Shown here in pieces: positions 27,912 through 38,149 of a stretch of DNA of 64,000 nt (the first letter of the stretch is position 1; every line of letters starts with the position of its first letter). The stretch comes from a bacterium (GTDB lineage Bacteria; UBA8248): NCBI GenBank assembly GCA_965221165.1, contig CBDCRP010000003.1:1888001-1952000 (forward strand), written 5' to 3'. The translations under genes and the position numbers were made by a program. Under the pieces are notes generated by a model. That model worked only from the letters and a program-made list of their open reading frames with translations, made no database searches and had not been told where the DNA came from.

Positions 27912-28781
27912 TCAGCGGCCCAGAGCCACGGCCGCCATTCCGGCCACCGTAACGCACACGCCCAGGACGAGCCGGGGCCGCACGCGGGTCATGTCGCGTA
28001 GCATGAGGACCGTGAAAATAACCGAAAAGATCGGCATCGAGGCGATGATCGGCCCGACGACGCTGACCTCGGAGTTGATGATGGCGAGGTTATAAAGCAC
28101 CTGGTTGCCCGAGTTCAGGATGCCGACCAGGATGATGGTCGCCACCGCCCAGCGCGGCCCCCAGTCGAACAACCGGGGCGGGGAGAAGTATCTCAAGCTG
28201 TAGATGATGGGGATGCTCACCATGTTCGACCACGCGACCGTGAGGGCGATGTTCGGCATGGCGTCCAGACCCTTTTTCCGGATGAAAACGCTCACGCCGA
28301 GGGAGAGCGCGCTGGCGAAACCCCAGAGAATCCCCGGCTGAAACCAGCGCCCCCGGCCGGGTTCGTAGCTCACCAGGATGACGCCGGCCATCACGAGGCC
28401 CGTGCCTCCCAGTACGGCCGGGCCGGGCTCCTCGCCGAGGAAAAGCACGGCCAAGGATAAGCTGAGCAAAGGAGAGGTGCTCATGAGCGTCATGAGCCTG
28501 GGCGGTCCGATGGAGTCGATCGCCTTGTAATACACCAGACGCCCGTAGCTGTAGGCGCTGACGCCCAAAAGGGCGAACCAGAGCATTCCCTCGAGCGTCA
28601 CGTCTTCCGGGTCGTATTCCCACCAGCCGAAAAGCGCCAGAACGAGCATGTTGAAGACGTTGGTGAGCAGGGTGGCGGACATCAAACCCATGTGCCGCAA
28701 GGGCCGCGCGGCGAGAACGCCCGTGAACGCCGCCATGATCGCAGCGGCCAGCGCCCAGATGATTCCCAGCGTGTTGTCCAT
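27912..28781 (-). CDS. EamA/DMT family transporter
   Basis: About 10 TM segments; LAVLFLGEEPG; paralog of the neighbouring gene. Confidence 0.88.
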   Translation of the reverse strand: MDNTLGIIWALAAAIMAAFTGVLAARPLRHMGLMSATLLTNVFNMLVLALFGWWEYDPEDVTLEGMLWFALLGVSAYSYGRLVYYKAIDSIGPPRLMTLMSTSPLLSLSLAVLFLGEEPGPAVLGGTGLVMAGVILVSYEPGRGRWFQPGILWGFASALSLGVSVFIRKKGLDAMPNIALTVAWSNMVSIPIIYSLRYFSPPRLFDWGPRWAVATIILVGILNSGNQVLYNLAIINSEVSVVGPIIASMPIFSVIFTVLMLRDMTRVRPRLVLGVCVTVAGMAAVALGR

Positions 28782-28788
28782 CGCCGGA

Positions 28789-29664
28789 TCAGCCGTGGCG
28801 GCCGATGCTCACCGCCACGATGCCCACCACCGCGATGAGTATGCCTATCACCACGCGCGCGTTCAGGCGTTCGATGTTCCGCAAGAACAAGGCGGAAAGG
28901 CACAGGGCGAAAATCGGCGTGCTGCTCAGGATGGGAACCGCCAGCGAGAGCTTGCCCTTGAGAGCGAGGTTGATGAGGATTTGCATCAACCCGTTGATGG
29001 TCGTTCCGAAAACCAGCAAGGGAATATAGCGTTTCGACCCCCACTCGAAATAACGCCTGGGGAGGAAATGGCGCAAACCCTCCGAAGTTGGAATGGCGAC
29101 AAATGCCGACCACGCGGTAAGCAAGGCGGGCGCCGCCATGTACGACATGCCCTGTTTTCGCATGAATGCGCTGGCGACCAGCATGAGCATGCTCATGAGC
29201 GACCAGCTTATCCCCGTGCGGAACCACCTTCCTCCCGAGGGCTCATAACTCACGGCGGCTACGCCCAGAACGACGAGAACCGTTCCGGCCAATACCCATC
29301 GTCCGGGTTCTTCTCCCAGAAAAATGACCGCCAGAAACAGGCTGGGAAGCGGAACCATGCTCGTGATGGTGATGTGGCGAGACGGGCCGACGGCGTTCAT
29401 GCCGGTGTAGAACACCCAGCGGTTGATGCTGTAGTTCACCACGCCCAGAACGCTGAACCAGGCGAACGCCTCCCAGCGATAACTCCCCGGCTCATACATC
29501 CAGAATCCGATCCCCCCCAACATCAAGGTGTTGCCGATATTATTGAACTGGGCGAGGGCGAATGAGCCCATCTGCCGCAAGGCGGGCGCGAAGGCGATGT
29601 TCGTCGCCGCGCTGACGAAGGCAGCCGAAATGGCGAGTAGAATGGTTTGGGATTCGAGGGTCAT
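28789..29664 (-). CDS. EamA/DMT family transporter
   Basis: About 10 TM segments; LAVIFLGEEPG and SYEP..GRWF are shared with 27912..28781. Confidence 0.88.
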   Translation of the reverse strand: MTLESQTILLAISAAFVSAATNIAFAPALRQMGSFALAQFNNIGNTLMLGGIGFWMYEPGSYRWEAFAWFSVLGVVNYSINRWVFYTGMNAVGPSRHITITSMVPLPSLFLAVIFLGEEPGRWVLAGTVLVVLGVAAVSYEPSGGRWFRTGISWSLMSMLMLVASAFMRKQGMSYMAAPALLTAWSAFVAIPTSEGLRHFLPRRYFEWGSKRYIPLLVFGTTINGLMQILINLALKGKLSLAVPILSSTPIFALCLSALFLRNIERLNARVVIGILIAVVGIVAVSIGRHG

Positions 29665-29931
29665 GCGCTCATCATTTCAAAAAACTCTCGCTGGTGAGGC
29701 CACGATAGGCTTTTTCATCCGGTGGAGAGCATATCCCTCCGTTTCGCCTGCGTCGACGCGAATAGCCCGAGAATTGTGTGTTTTCAACCGCACGAACCCG
29801 CATCGAGGCGATAATCAAGCTTTTTTCAGCGATTTCGCGATTTTCACGCAGATGGAACTTTGGTATATCTAAAACCAGTGATGTGGTGTTTTTCGCCGCC
29901 AGGATATTTGATGCATAGAGAAGGGAAAAAA

Positions 29932-31413
29932 ATGCGGAATTCTCTCTATCTTCCAAAATTCAAATTGGTGCGCTCCACTTCCTCCCTCATCACGATACTG
30001 TTCGGCCTGGCCTTGCTTTTCGCCCCGCTGGACGCGCAATCCGCCCTCAGCGCAGGAGGGCTGCCGTCCCTGGCCGGATTGGCCGAAAAGCTAAGCCCCT
30101 CCGTGGTGAACATCAGTACGGAAGTAAAGGCTGAAAAGAATCCAAGGAGTAGGTTCCAGGGAAGACCCGGTGATTTATGGAATGAATTTTTCAGGCGCTT
30201 TCATGAAGGGCCCCTGAACCCCGGGCCCAGAGGGGAATGGTTCCCAAACCCCAGGCGCCGCCGGCCAACCCCGAGTCTCGGCTCGGGATTCATCGTTACC
30301 GACACCGGGCTCATCCTGACGAATAATCACGTAGTCGAAAATGCATCGAAAATAACCGTTCGCTTCAGGGACAAAAGAAAGCGAAAAGCGAAGGTCGTGG
30401 GCCGCGACCCCCAAACCGACATCGCGCTGCTTCAAGTGGAAACGAAGCCTGGAGATAGATTCACCACGGTGAAACTCGGGGACAGCCAGAAACTTCGCGT
30501 GGGTGACTGGGTGATGGCCATAGGGAATCCCTTCGGGTTGTCCCACACCGTGACGGCCGGAATCGTCAGCGCCAAAGGACGCGTCATCGGTTCGGGTCGA
30601 TTCGACAACTATATTCAAACCGACGCCTCCATCAATCCGGGGAACAGCGGCGGCCCCCTGTTTGATTTGAACGGCAACGTAGTGGGCATCAACACCGCCA
30701 TCTACAGCAGGGGCGGTGGAAATATCGGCATCGGTTTCGCCATACCGATCGACATGGCGAAAAAACTGATTCCCCAGCTCCGCAAAGGGGTGGTGACCCG
30801 TGGATTCCTGGGCGTGACCATTCAACCCGTCAATGAAACCCTGGCAAAGGAATTGGGTTTGAAGGAAACGCGGGGCGCCCTGGTCTCCAACCTGGTCAAG
30901 GACGGGCCCGCGAAAAAAGCCGGCATCAAAAGAGGCGACGTGATCGTAAGCGTTGATGAGAAGAAGATAGAAACCCCCCGTCAACTCTCCCTGAAGGCAG
31001 CCGATTTAGAGCCGGGCTCCGTGGCCAAAGTCGGCGTCATCCGGGACGGCGAAAAACGCGACATCGAGATTAAAGTCGGCAAGTTGCCCGGGCCGAAGCA
31101 ATTGGCGAAAGCATCCAAACCGGCGTTCCAGAAAAAACTGGGAATCGAAGGGCAAAACCTGACGCCTGAGATCAGAAAACAAATTGGAGCGAAAACGAAA
31201 AAAGGCGTTGTTATCTCCAACGTATTGCCGGATACTCCTGCTTCGGCAGCCGGATTACGTCGGGGCGACGTCATCATCGAAGCCAATCGTAAAATGGTTG
31301 CGGATAAGGATCAGTTGCAAGCAGCGCTCAAAAAGGGAGAAAACAAGGTAAATCTGCTTGTAATCGAGAGGAAAGGCAATACATTCTACGTGGCATTGGA
31401 AGGAAAGGGGTAG
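29932..31413 (+). CDS. degP: DegP/DegQ (HtrA) serine protease with two PDZ domains
   Basis: SLGSGFI, TNNHVV, TDIAL, IQTDASINPGNSGGPL, two PDZ-like regions. Confidence 0.95.
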   Translation: MRNSLYLPKFKLVRSTSSLITILFGLALLFAPLDAQSALSAGGLPSLAGLAEKLSPSVVNISTEVKAEKNPRSRFQGRPGDLWNEFFRRFHEGPLNPGPRGEWFPNPRRRRPTPSLGSGFIVTDTGLILTNNHVVENASKITVRFRDKRKRKAKVVGRDPQTDIALLQVETKPGDRFTTVKLGDSQKLRVGDWVMAIGNPFGLSHTVTAGIVSAKGRVIGSGRFDNYIQTDASINPGNSGGPLFDLNGNVVGINTAIYSRGGGNIGIGFAIPIDMAKKLIPQLRKGVVTRGFLGVTIQPVNETLAKELGLKETRGALVSNLVKDGPAKKAGIKRGDVIVSVDEKKIETPRQLSLKAADLEPGSVAKVGVIRDGEKRDIEIKVGKLPGPKQLAKASKPAFQKKLGIEGQNLTPEIRKQIGAKTKKGVVISNVLPDTPASAAGLRRGDVIIEANRKMVADKDQLQAALKKGENKVNLLVIERKGNTFYVALEGKG

Positions 31414-31415
31414 AG

Positions 31416-32339
31416 GTGGCGGAAACGGCCGAGAAACAAGCCGGACTGAGTGAATGCATTATTGCTGCGGCTTCACACATTTGCAGTGAACTGGACGCCA
31501 AGGCAATTTTCATTCACGCCGATGCGATGAAGGAGCTCGACGCCTTATCGGAACTCCCCGTGGGCGTGGAGCATTTCGCCACCACCTGTTCTCCCGACAT
31601 CTATAAAGAACTGGAAAAGCGCGGTTGCCGAGTGATGCAACTACCCGCTTTATCCTTGAACCGAATCGACATCATCAAGATGGGCGTCGTCATTGCTTTG
31701 AGCGAAGGCTCCATCACACAGGACGATACGGTGATTTGTCTTTCGGGTCTTCCTGAAAACGAAGAGATTGACACCCTGATGGTCTTTCATTTAGACCGCG
31801 AAAAGGAAATGATCCAGACATCGGAAACGCAAAGCGCCATTGAAGACGTAGACCCGAAAGTGTTTGAAACGGTCTTGTCGCTCGCTCTGGAACTCGGCGC
31901 CGAGGGGCGGGAAGGAAAACCTCGCGGGGCGCTTTTTGTTTTGGGTGACCATGATCTGGTGCTTCAGTATTCACGCCAACTCGTCATCAATCCCTTTCAT
32001 GGATACCCGGAAGAGCAAAGAAACGTCATGGACCCCACCCTTCGCGAGACCATCAAGGAATTCAGCGCCATCGACGGCGCATTCGTCATTCGTGGGGACG
32101 GGATAATCGAAGCCGCCGGCAGACACTTGAACGCGGCGCCCGAGAACGATTTGCCCCCCGGGCTGGGTTCGCGGCATATGGCCGCCGCGGGTATAACGGA
32201 AGTAAGTACGGCCATATCATTTGCCATCAGCGAATCAACGGGCGGTGTTACCGTGCTGAAAGACGGCAAGGTATTCATGCAACTCAGCAAGTCGCAACCT
32301 GCCAAAACACCAACAAAGGGAAAAAGTAAAAAGAAATAA
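31416..32339 (+). CDS. Diadenylate cyclase, DacZ/CdaZ-like (DisA_N/DAC domain behind an N-terminal domain)
   Basis: EGREGKPRGALF, FSAIDGAFVI (DGA motif), GLGSRHMAAAGIT (RHR-like motif), ISES. Confidence 0.85.
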   Translation: MAETAEKQAGLSECIIAAASHICSELDAKAIFIHADAMKELDALSELPVGVEHFATTCSPDIYKELEKRGCRVMQLPALSLNRIDIIKMGVVIALSEGSITQDDTVICLSGLPENEEIDTLMVFHLDREKEMIQTSETQSAIEDVDPKVFETVLSLALELGAEGREGKPRGALFVLGDHDLVLQYSRQLVINPFHGYPEEQRNVMDPTLRETIKEFSAIDGAFVIRGDGIIEAAGRHLNAAPENDLPPGLGSRHMAAAGITEVSTAISFAISESTGGVTVLKDGKVFMQLSKSQPAKTPTKGKSKKK

Positions 32340-32371
32340 AAGCCGTTCTTACGGTCAGGAGAAATCACATT

Positions 32372-32479
32372 ATGGTGTACGGAAAACTTTTCGGATTATT
32401 GGCCCTCATCATTGGCGGCATCCTTGGATTGAGCACGATTATTCTGATGCTCGATTTAATCGGTCTTTCGATTTTTTAA
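32372..32479 (+). CDS. 35-aa single-TM small protein (not in ORF track)
   Basis: AGGAG upstream; MVYGKLFGLLALIIGGILGLSTIILMLDLIGLSIF*; fills the gap between the cyclase and methyltransferase genes. Confidence 0.55.
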   Translation: MVYGKLFGLLALIIGGILGLSTIILMLDLIGLSIF

Positions 32480-32499
32480 ATCGACTTCAGAATCACTTT

Positions 32500-33252
32500 A
32501 TGCAACTCGACCTGTTCGAGCGATTCAAACACAATCATTTCCTCGTTCCCATCTCCATAAATACACTGAAAAAGATTGGCGACCATATCGGCTTGTCTGC
32601 GGATTTCTTGATTTTCGACGCATCCTGCGGCAAGGCGGGGAGCGTCATATCGCTCGCGCAGATGTTCGGTTGTTCGGCAATCGGATTGGATGATCGCCCC
32701 GAGTTCGTGGAAGATGGAAGGCGGCGCATTTTCTTCGAGGACTTGTCCCATCTCATAGACTTATTGACTTACGCGGGCGAGAAATTCCCTTTTGATGATG
32801 ATTACTTCGATTTGGCGCTCTTGTGTGGACCTGCGTATCCCTCGAATACCGCAAGCAAATTGAAGAGCTTGGCCCGGCTCGTGAAACCCGGGGGATGGAT
32901 CGCGTATTCCGGCCTGGTCTGGAAATCAGAGGATGAAGACATCCCTTCCGAACGATTGACGAGATGGCTGGATACCTATCTTCCCTGTGAACCGGTCGAC
33001 GTAGAAGATTTCTGGGCCCATACCATCGAAGGGGGGTATGACGTCGAATTTGTAGAACATGAAACCGAGAGCGCCTGGGAAACCTTTCTCGCCCCCCAGG
33101 CACGCTCCATTCTGGAGAATCGGCATGAATTTGCGGACTCTCCTGAAGCCCAGAATATGCTGGACGGATGGCAACAAGACCTTGAAATTTACCACGACGG
33201 TGGCGGAAAGCAGCTTCTCGGTTACGCCACCTTTTTACTTAGGTGCCCATAA
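32500..33252 (+). CDS. Class I SAM-dependent methyltransferase-like protein
   Basis: FDASCGKAG motif I variant, FPFDDDYFD, LVKPGGWI, C-terminal GYATF. Confidence 0.8.
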   Translation: MQLDLFERFKHNHFLVPISINTLKKIGDHIGLSADFLIFDASCGKAGSVISLAQMFGCSAIGLDDRPEFVEDGRRRIFFEDLSHLIDLLTYAGEKFPFDDDYFDLALLCGPAYPSNTASKLKSLARLVKPGGWIAYSGLVWKSEDEDIPSERLTRWLDTYLPCEPVDVEDFWAHTIEGGYDVEFVEHETESAWETFLAPQARSILENRHEFADSPEAQNMLDGWQQDLEIYHDGGGKQLLGYATFLLRCP

Positions 33253-33515
33253 CGGAAATCGAAAGACCGCAAAGGGCCAGGCCGTATTTATTCCGGGGAA
33301 AAACAATTCCCGGAATGAAACAAGTGGTGAGGAATCGTATTCAGCCATATCGGACAAAAAAATCACCTCCCGCACCCGGATATTCTCACCGGAGAGTATT
33401 GATTTTTGATAGGCTCATGGAAAATTTCGACGGCGCCGGGTTTGACCATCCGTTCCCTGTTGATGTTTCCTCTGGAACCAACACCAGTTGATGGGCATAT
33501 AAACAAGGAGTACGA

Positions 33516-34988
33516 ATGAACGAGTTGCTCTATCTCACCGTTAAGGAAATCGGAGAAAACCTGAGGGCGAAAGAATTCAGTTCAGAGGAGTTGACCAGGG
33601 CGTATCTGGAGCGCATCGATGAAACGGAACAGAGGGTCAATGCCTACCTGAGCGTTCTTGGAGATGAAGCCATCCGCTCCGCCCGCGCCGCTGATGATAA
33701 AATCAGGGCCGGAGATCATGATTCTCCTCTTCTGGGCGTACCCCTGGCCGTGAAAGATCTCCTTTGCATGAAAGGCACAAAGACCACCTGCGCCTCGAGG
33801 TTTCTGGAAAATTTCGAAGCCCCTTACGACGCCACCGCAGTGGCCCGGCTAAAAAAAGCGGGCGCGGTCATACTCGGCAAATTAAATATGGATGAATTCG
33901 CCATGGGTTCATCTTGCGAGCAAAGCGCGTTTGGCCCGACCCATAATCCATGGAACCTGAAAACCATCCCCGGAGGCAGCAGCGGCGGGTCTGCCGCCGC
34001 AGTTGCGGCGCGATCTTGCGTCGTTTCTTTGGGATCGGATACCGGAGGCTCCATACGCCAGCCGGCGGCATGTTGTGGTGTAGTGGGAATGAAACCCACA
34101 TACGGACGTATTTCTCGCTATGGACTCATCGCTTTCGCCAGTTCTCTGGACCAAATTGGCCCTTTTGCAACGAATGTGGGAGACGCGGCCATTTTGTTGG
34201 GTGCAGTCAGTGGTCACGACCCTCGCGATTCCACCTCGGCCAACGAGCCGGTTCCCGACTACACGGAAAACCTGGAAAATGGCGTGGAAGGTTTGAAAAT
34301 CGGCATTCCCAAAGAGTATTTCATCGAGGGAATGGACCCCGACGTCGACACGGCGATTAGAGAGGCGATTGCCGTGTTCGAGGCTCAAGGAGCCGAAATT
34401 ATCGAAATCTCTCTCCCCCATACCGAATATGCGTTGCCGGTGTATTATATTCTCGCACCCGCGGAGGCGAGCAGTAACCTGGCGCGTTACGACGGTGTCC
34501 GCTATGGCGTGCGCAAAGAAGTCGATTCCACATACGGCTCTTTGTTCGGCATGTATGCGGCGAGCCGGGAAAACGGCTTCGGGGACGAGGTAAAGCGCCG
34601 AATCATGCTGGGCACCTATGCGCTGTCTTCTGGATATTACGATGCGTTTTACACAAAAGCGCAAAGGGTCCGCACGCTGATTTGCCAGGATTTCAAGGCC
34701 GCATTCGATAACGTCGACGTCGTGCTGTCGGCCACGGCGCCGACTCCCGCCTTCGAGATTGGTGAACGCCTCGATGATCCCATCAGCATGTATCTATCCG
34801 ACATCCTGACCATACCCTGTAATCTGGCCGGTCTTCCCGGCATCAGCCAGCCTTGCGGATTCACTTCGAGTGGCTTGCCGGTTGGACTTCAACTGGTGGG
34901 AAAACCATTTGGCGAGAAAACGATTCTTCAGGCGGCAGCGGCATTCGAAAGAGCAACGACGCACCACGAAGCGCTCCCGCCGCTGTGA
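33516..34988 (+). CDS. gatA: Glu/Asp-tRNA amidotransferase subunit A
   Basis: [68 protein letters not shown]. Confidence 0.97.
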   Translation: MNELLYLTVKEIGENLRAKEFSSEELTRAYLERIDETEQRVNAYLSVLGDEAIRSARAADDKIRAGDHDSPLLGVPLAVKDLLCMKGTKTTCASRFLENFEAPYDATAVARLKKAGAVILGKLNMDEFAMGSSCEQSAFGPTHNPWNLKTIPGGSSGGSAAAVAARSCVVSLGSDTGGSIRQPAACCGVVGMKPTYGRISRYGLIAFASSLDQIGPFATNVGDAAILLGAVSGHDPRDSTSANEPVPDYTENLENGVEGLKIGIPKEYFIEGMDPDVDTAIREAIAVFEAQGAEIIEISLPHTEYALPVYYILAPAEASSNLARYDGVRYGVRKEVDSTYGSLFGMYAASRENGFGDEVKRRIMLGTYALSSGYYDAFYTKAQRVRTLICQDFKAAFDNVDVVLSATAPTPAFEIGERLDDPISMYLSDILTIPCNLAGLPGISQPCGFTSSGLPVGLQLVGKPFGEKTILQAAAAFERATTHHEALPPL

Positions 34989-35011
34989 TGCGCACTTTCT
35001 GATTGAGGGAG

Positions 35012-36463
35012 ATGATGGCGTACGAAACGGTTATCGGTCTCGAAGTACATGCCCAGTTGAATACGAAAAGCAAAATCTTTTGCGGCTCGAGCTCCGCATT
35101 CGGGGGAGGGCCCAATGAACACACCTGTACGGTAGACTTGGGCCTCCCCGGCGTATTGCCGGTCTTGAACCGGGAAGTCATCGAATTCACCCTGAGGCTC
35201 GGGATGGCCGTCGGGGCGCATATCGCGCCGGTTTGCCGGTTTGCCCGAAAACATTATTTCTATCCCGACCTCCCCAAGGGATACCAGATCAGCCAGTACG
35301 AAGAGCCCATCTGCACGGGCGGACACGTTCATTTCGTAACCAGGGACGGGCGAGACGTGACCATCAACCTCACCAGAATTCATATGGAAGAAGATGCCGG
35401 CAAGCTGATTCATGGAGACGAGCTGGGAGACCCGAATCATTCGTATTCGGACCTGAACCGGGCCGGGGTGCCGCTGCTCGAAATCGTCTCCGAACCGGAA
35501 CTCAGAAACCCCGAAGACGCCGAATCCTATATGCGGAAATTCAGGACCCTGGTGCGCTATCTGGGGATATCCGACGGCAACATGCAGGAAGGCAGCTTGC
35601 GGTGCGACGCGAACATTTCCCTCAGGCCCCAAGGGTCGGAGGAATTCGGCGAGAAGGTGGAAATCAAGAACATGAACTCTTTCCGGAATCTCAGGCGGGC
35701 GCTCGAATTCGAAGAAAAGCGCCAGCGCGAAACCCTGGATTCCGGCGGCGCCATTCATCAGGAGACCAGGCTTTGGGATGAATCCGCCGGCGTGACGCGG
35801 GGGATGCGATCGAAAGAATACGCGCATGACTATCGTTATTTCCCGGACCCGGATCTGGTGCCGCTCACCGTGGACGCGAAGTGGCTCGATAAGGTGCGCG
35901 CGCAATTGCCGGAATTGCCCGACGCGAAGAGCAAGCGCTTTCAGGATGCGTTCGGCCTCCCCCGGTACGATGCGGAAGTTCTCACGGCGGAAAAAGAACT
36001 GGCGGCGTATTTCGATGAAGTCGTCGAGGCTGCCGGAAGGGAACAAGCCAAGGCGGCGAGCAACTGGGTGATGGGCGATATCTTGCGCCTGTTGAACGAG
36101 CAGAAAATAACCATCGACAAATGCCCCATCTCCCCCCAGGGGCTGGCCGGAATGATTTCGCTCATCACCGATGGCACCATCAGCGGGAAAATCGCGAAAA
36201 CGGTATTCGACTCCATGGCGGAGAGCGGAAAAGACCCCGAGGCCATCGTAGAAGAAAAAGGACTGAAACAAATCACGGACACGAGCGCGATTGAGAACGT
36301 CGTGGAAGAAGTGCTTGCGTCCAATCCAAAAGAGGTCGAAGCCTACCAAGGCGGAAAAACGAAGCTCATGGGCTTTTTCGTCGGCCAGGTGATGAAGGCG
36401 ACGGGGGGCAAGGCCAATCCCAAGGCCTTACAAGAAATACTAAGAGAAAAACTAACGCCGTAG
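35012..36463 (+). CDS. gatB: Glu/Asp-tRNA amidotransferase subunit B
   Basis: VIGLEVHAQL, RKHYFYPDLPKGYQISQY, HMEEDAGK, DYRYFPDPDL, FFVGQVMK. Confidence 0.98.
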   Translation: MMAYETVIGLEVHAQLNTKSKIFCGSSSAFGGGPNEHTCTVDLGLPGVLPVLNREVIEFTLRLGMAVGAHIAPVCRFARKHYFYPDLPKGYQISQYEEPICTGGHVHFVTRDGRDVTINLTRIHMEEDAGKLIHGDELGDPNHSYSDLNRAGVPLLEIVSEPELRNPEDAESYMRKFRTLVRYLGISDGNMQEGSLRCDANISLRPQGSEEFGEKVEIKNMNSFRNLRRALEFEEKRQRETLDSGGAIHQETRLWDESAGVTRGMRSKEYAHDYRYFPDPDLVPLTVDAKWLDKVRAQLPELPDAKSKRFQDAFGLPRYDAEVLTAEKELAAYFDEVVEAAGREQAKAASNWVMGDILRLLNEQKITIDKCPISPQGLAGMISLITDGTISGKIAKTVFDSMAESGKDPEAIVEEKGLKQITDTSAIENVVEEVLASNPKEVEAYQGGKTKLMGFFVGQVMKATGGKANPKALQEILREKLTP

Positions 36464-36493
36464 CCGGGGAGGCCACCCGGCCCGGGCAGCGTT

Positions 36494-37366
36494 TTACTGG
36501 CCGAACCCATAGAGGACTGCGGGATTTTCCACCAGTATCTTCCGGCGCACGCTCTCCTCGGGCGCAAACTCCGCGAGAAGATCCATCAAATCACCATCGT
36601 TGGGAATCGTGGGCTTCACGTTCGTATGCGGCCAGTCCGTCCCCCAGACCACCCGCTCGGGCGCGGCATCGATGAGGGCGCGCGCCACCGGGGTGGCGTC
36701 GTGGTAGGGAAACCCGCGCTTGGAAATGCGCTCCGCACCGCTGAGCTTCACCCAGGCGTTCCCTCTTTCGAGCAGGTTCAACAACAATTTGAAGTCAGGG
36801 TGCGAGAGGCTCAGGTCCGCGGGGAAAAGACCCATGTGATCGAAAACCACGTCGACGGGCAATTTCCTTATCTCCCCCTCATATTCGGGCAACTGCCCGG
36901 CGTGCATATGAAACTGGATGTGCCAGCCGAAACCTTTTATCTTGGCGGCCACTTCCCCCATCTGCTCGATTCCGCTTATCCCTCCCGAAGCCGCGTTGAT
37001 GCGCGCTCCCCGGATGCCGAGCCGGTTCAAGGCATCGAGCCGCGCCTCGGACACATTTGCGTCCACCACGCCTACGCCCACGTAGCCCGATCCCAGGACG
37101 CGAACCGCCTCGAGCACTCTCGCGTTATCCGCGCCATAAGGACTCGCCTGCACCACGACGCCCCGCTCGAGGCCCAGAACGTCGGCCATCCGCCGGTAGT
37201 CGCTCTCCAGCACCTGAACGGGGGTGTAGCGCCTGGTCTCGGCGTATGGGTAATCCGCTTCGGGCCCGAAGACGTGAAAATGGCAATCCGCCGCACCCTC
37301 GGGGGGCTTTAATTTCGGCGGTTTCGTATCCGGGTCGGGCCCTGGAACCGTGGGCCGGGTCGTCAA
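36494..37366 (-). CDS. Amidohydrolase family protein (LigI/2-pyrone-4,6-dicarboxylate lactonase-like)
   Basis: DCHFHVFG, VQASPYGADN, FDHMG, WVKLSG, WGTDWPH, ILVENPAVLYGF. Confidence 0.9.
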   Translation of the reverse strand: MTTRPTVPGPDPDTKPPKLKPPEGAADCHFHVFGPEADYPYAETRRYTPVQVLESDYRRMADVLGLERGVVVQASPYGADNARVLEAVRVLGSGYVGVGVVDANVSEARLDALNRLGIRGARINAASGGISGIEQMGEVAAKIKGFGWHIQFHMHAGQLPEYEGEIRKLPVDVVFDHMGLFPADLSLSHPDFKLLLNLLERGNAWVKLSGAERISKRGFPYHDATPVARALIDAAPERVVWGTDWPHTNVKPTIPNDGDLMDLLAEFAPEESVRRKILVENPAVLYGFGQ

Positions 37367-37403
37367 TGCGCGCCCTCGAATCTATGTGTGAAACAGCCGG
37401 GAT

Positions 37404-37880
37404 TTATCTCCTTCTTCTCTTTTTCTTGCGGTACGGCTTGTGGCACTGCGTGCAACTCTCCGACAAGGCGCTGAACGTCTTCAGTACGGCGGCTTTATCC
37501 GCAGCCACGGCGGCTTTCACGACATTGCCCGCGATGCGGGCCGAACCCCTGGCTAATTTCGTGTAATCACCAAACCGGCTCCACACCTCGTCCTTTATCC
37601 GCGTCTTGGGCAAATTACTGCCCTTGGGGCTCAGGTAGGGAATCGCCGCGGAGAGCAGCGCGATTTCTTTCGCCGCGCTGATTACGCGCTTGTAGTTTCC
37701 CTTTTTCGTATACACCTTGATCCGGCGCATCGCGCGGCTGATGCTCTTCATCGTGCGCACGCGCACCCTTTGGACGCCGCGCAGGGTCTGCTCATCCTTG
37801 CCGGCGGAAAATGAGGGAAGAAAAAAAACCGTGACGATTACCGCGCAAAAAAACGCACACACCCATATCCTGGTCCGCAT
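37404..37880 (-). CDS. Class II cytochrome c (cytochrome c'/c556-like)
   Basis: Signal peptide, helical body, C-terminal CTQCHKPYR haem motif; GGAG RBS. Confidence 0.85.
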   Translation of the reverse strand: MRTRIWVCAFFCAVIVTVFFLPSFSAGKDEQTLRGVQRVRVRTMKSISRAMRRIKVYTKKGNYKRVISAAKEIALLSAAIPYLSPKGSNLPKTRIKDEVWSRFGDYTKLARGSARIAGNVVKAAVAADKAAVLKTFSALSESCTQCHKPYRKKKRRRR

Positions 37881-37984
37881 ATCCACTCCTCGCCGATGGC
37901 TCACAAGCCTCTTCCCAAGAGTTTCCCCCATACTAGGAAGCGAGAGGCCGCGGTGTCAACGGAAGGCCTTATTTACGCGTATCT

Positions 37985-38061
37985 CTTTATAATTCAACGA
38001 GATAAATTTTCACTTATTTTCAGATATTTTCACCTTTTTTCGCTTATTTTCACTTATTCCC
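37985..38061. repeat. AT-rich element with five 10-bp phased T-tract units (copy 2)
   Basis: aaattttcac/ttattttcag/atattttcac/cttttttcgc/ttattttcac followed by attccc. Confidence 0.75.
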
Positions 38062-38149
38062 TCAAGCCCCCGAAGAGCCTGGGCCGCCTCGCCACGATAC
38101 GCGAGTTTCCTCCATGCGCAGCAGCGGCAATTGCGGGCAGGTGCGGTGC

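Noticed and set aside
33243-33491. Candidate gatC
   Set aside because: No GatC features such as the HxAxLARL helix or the C-terminal FxVPxV, and no RBS.
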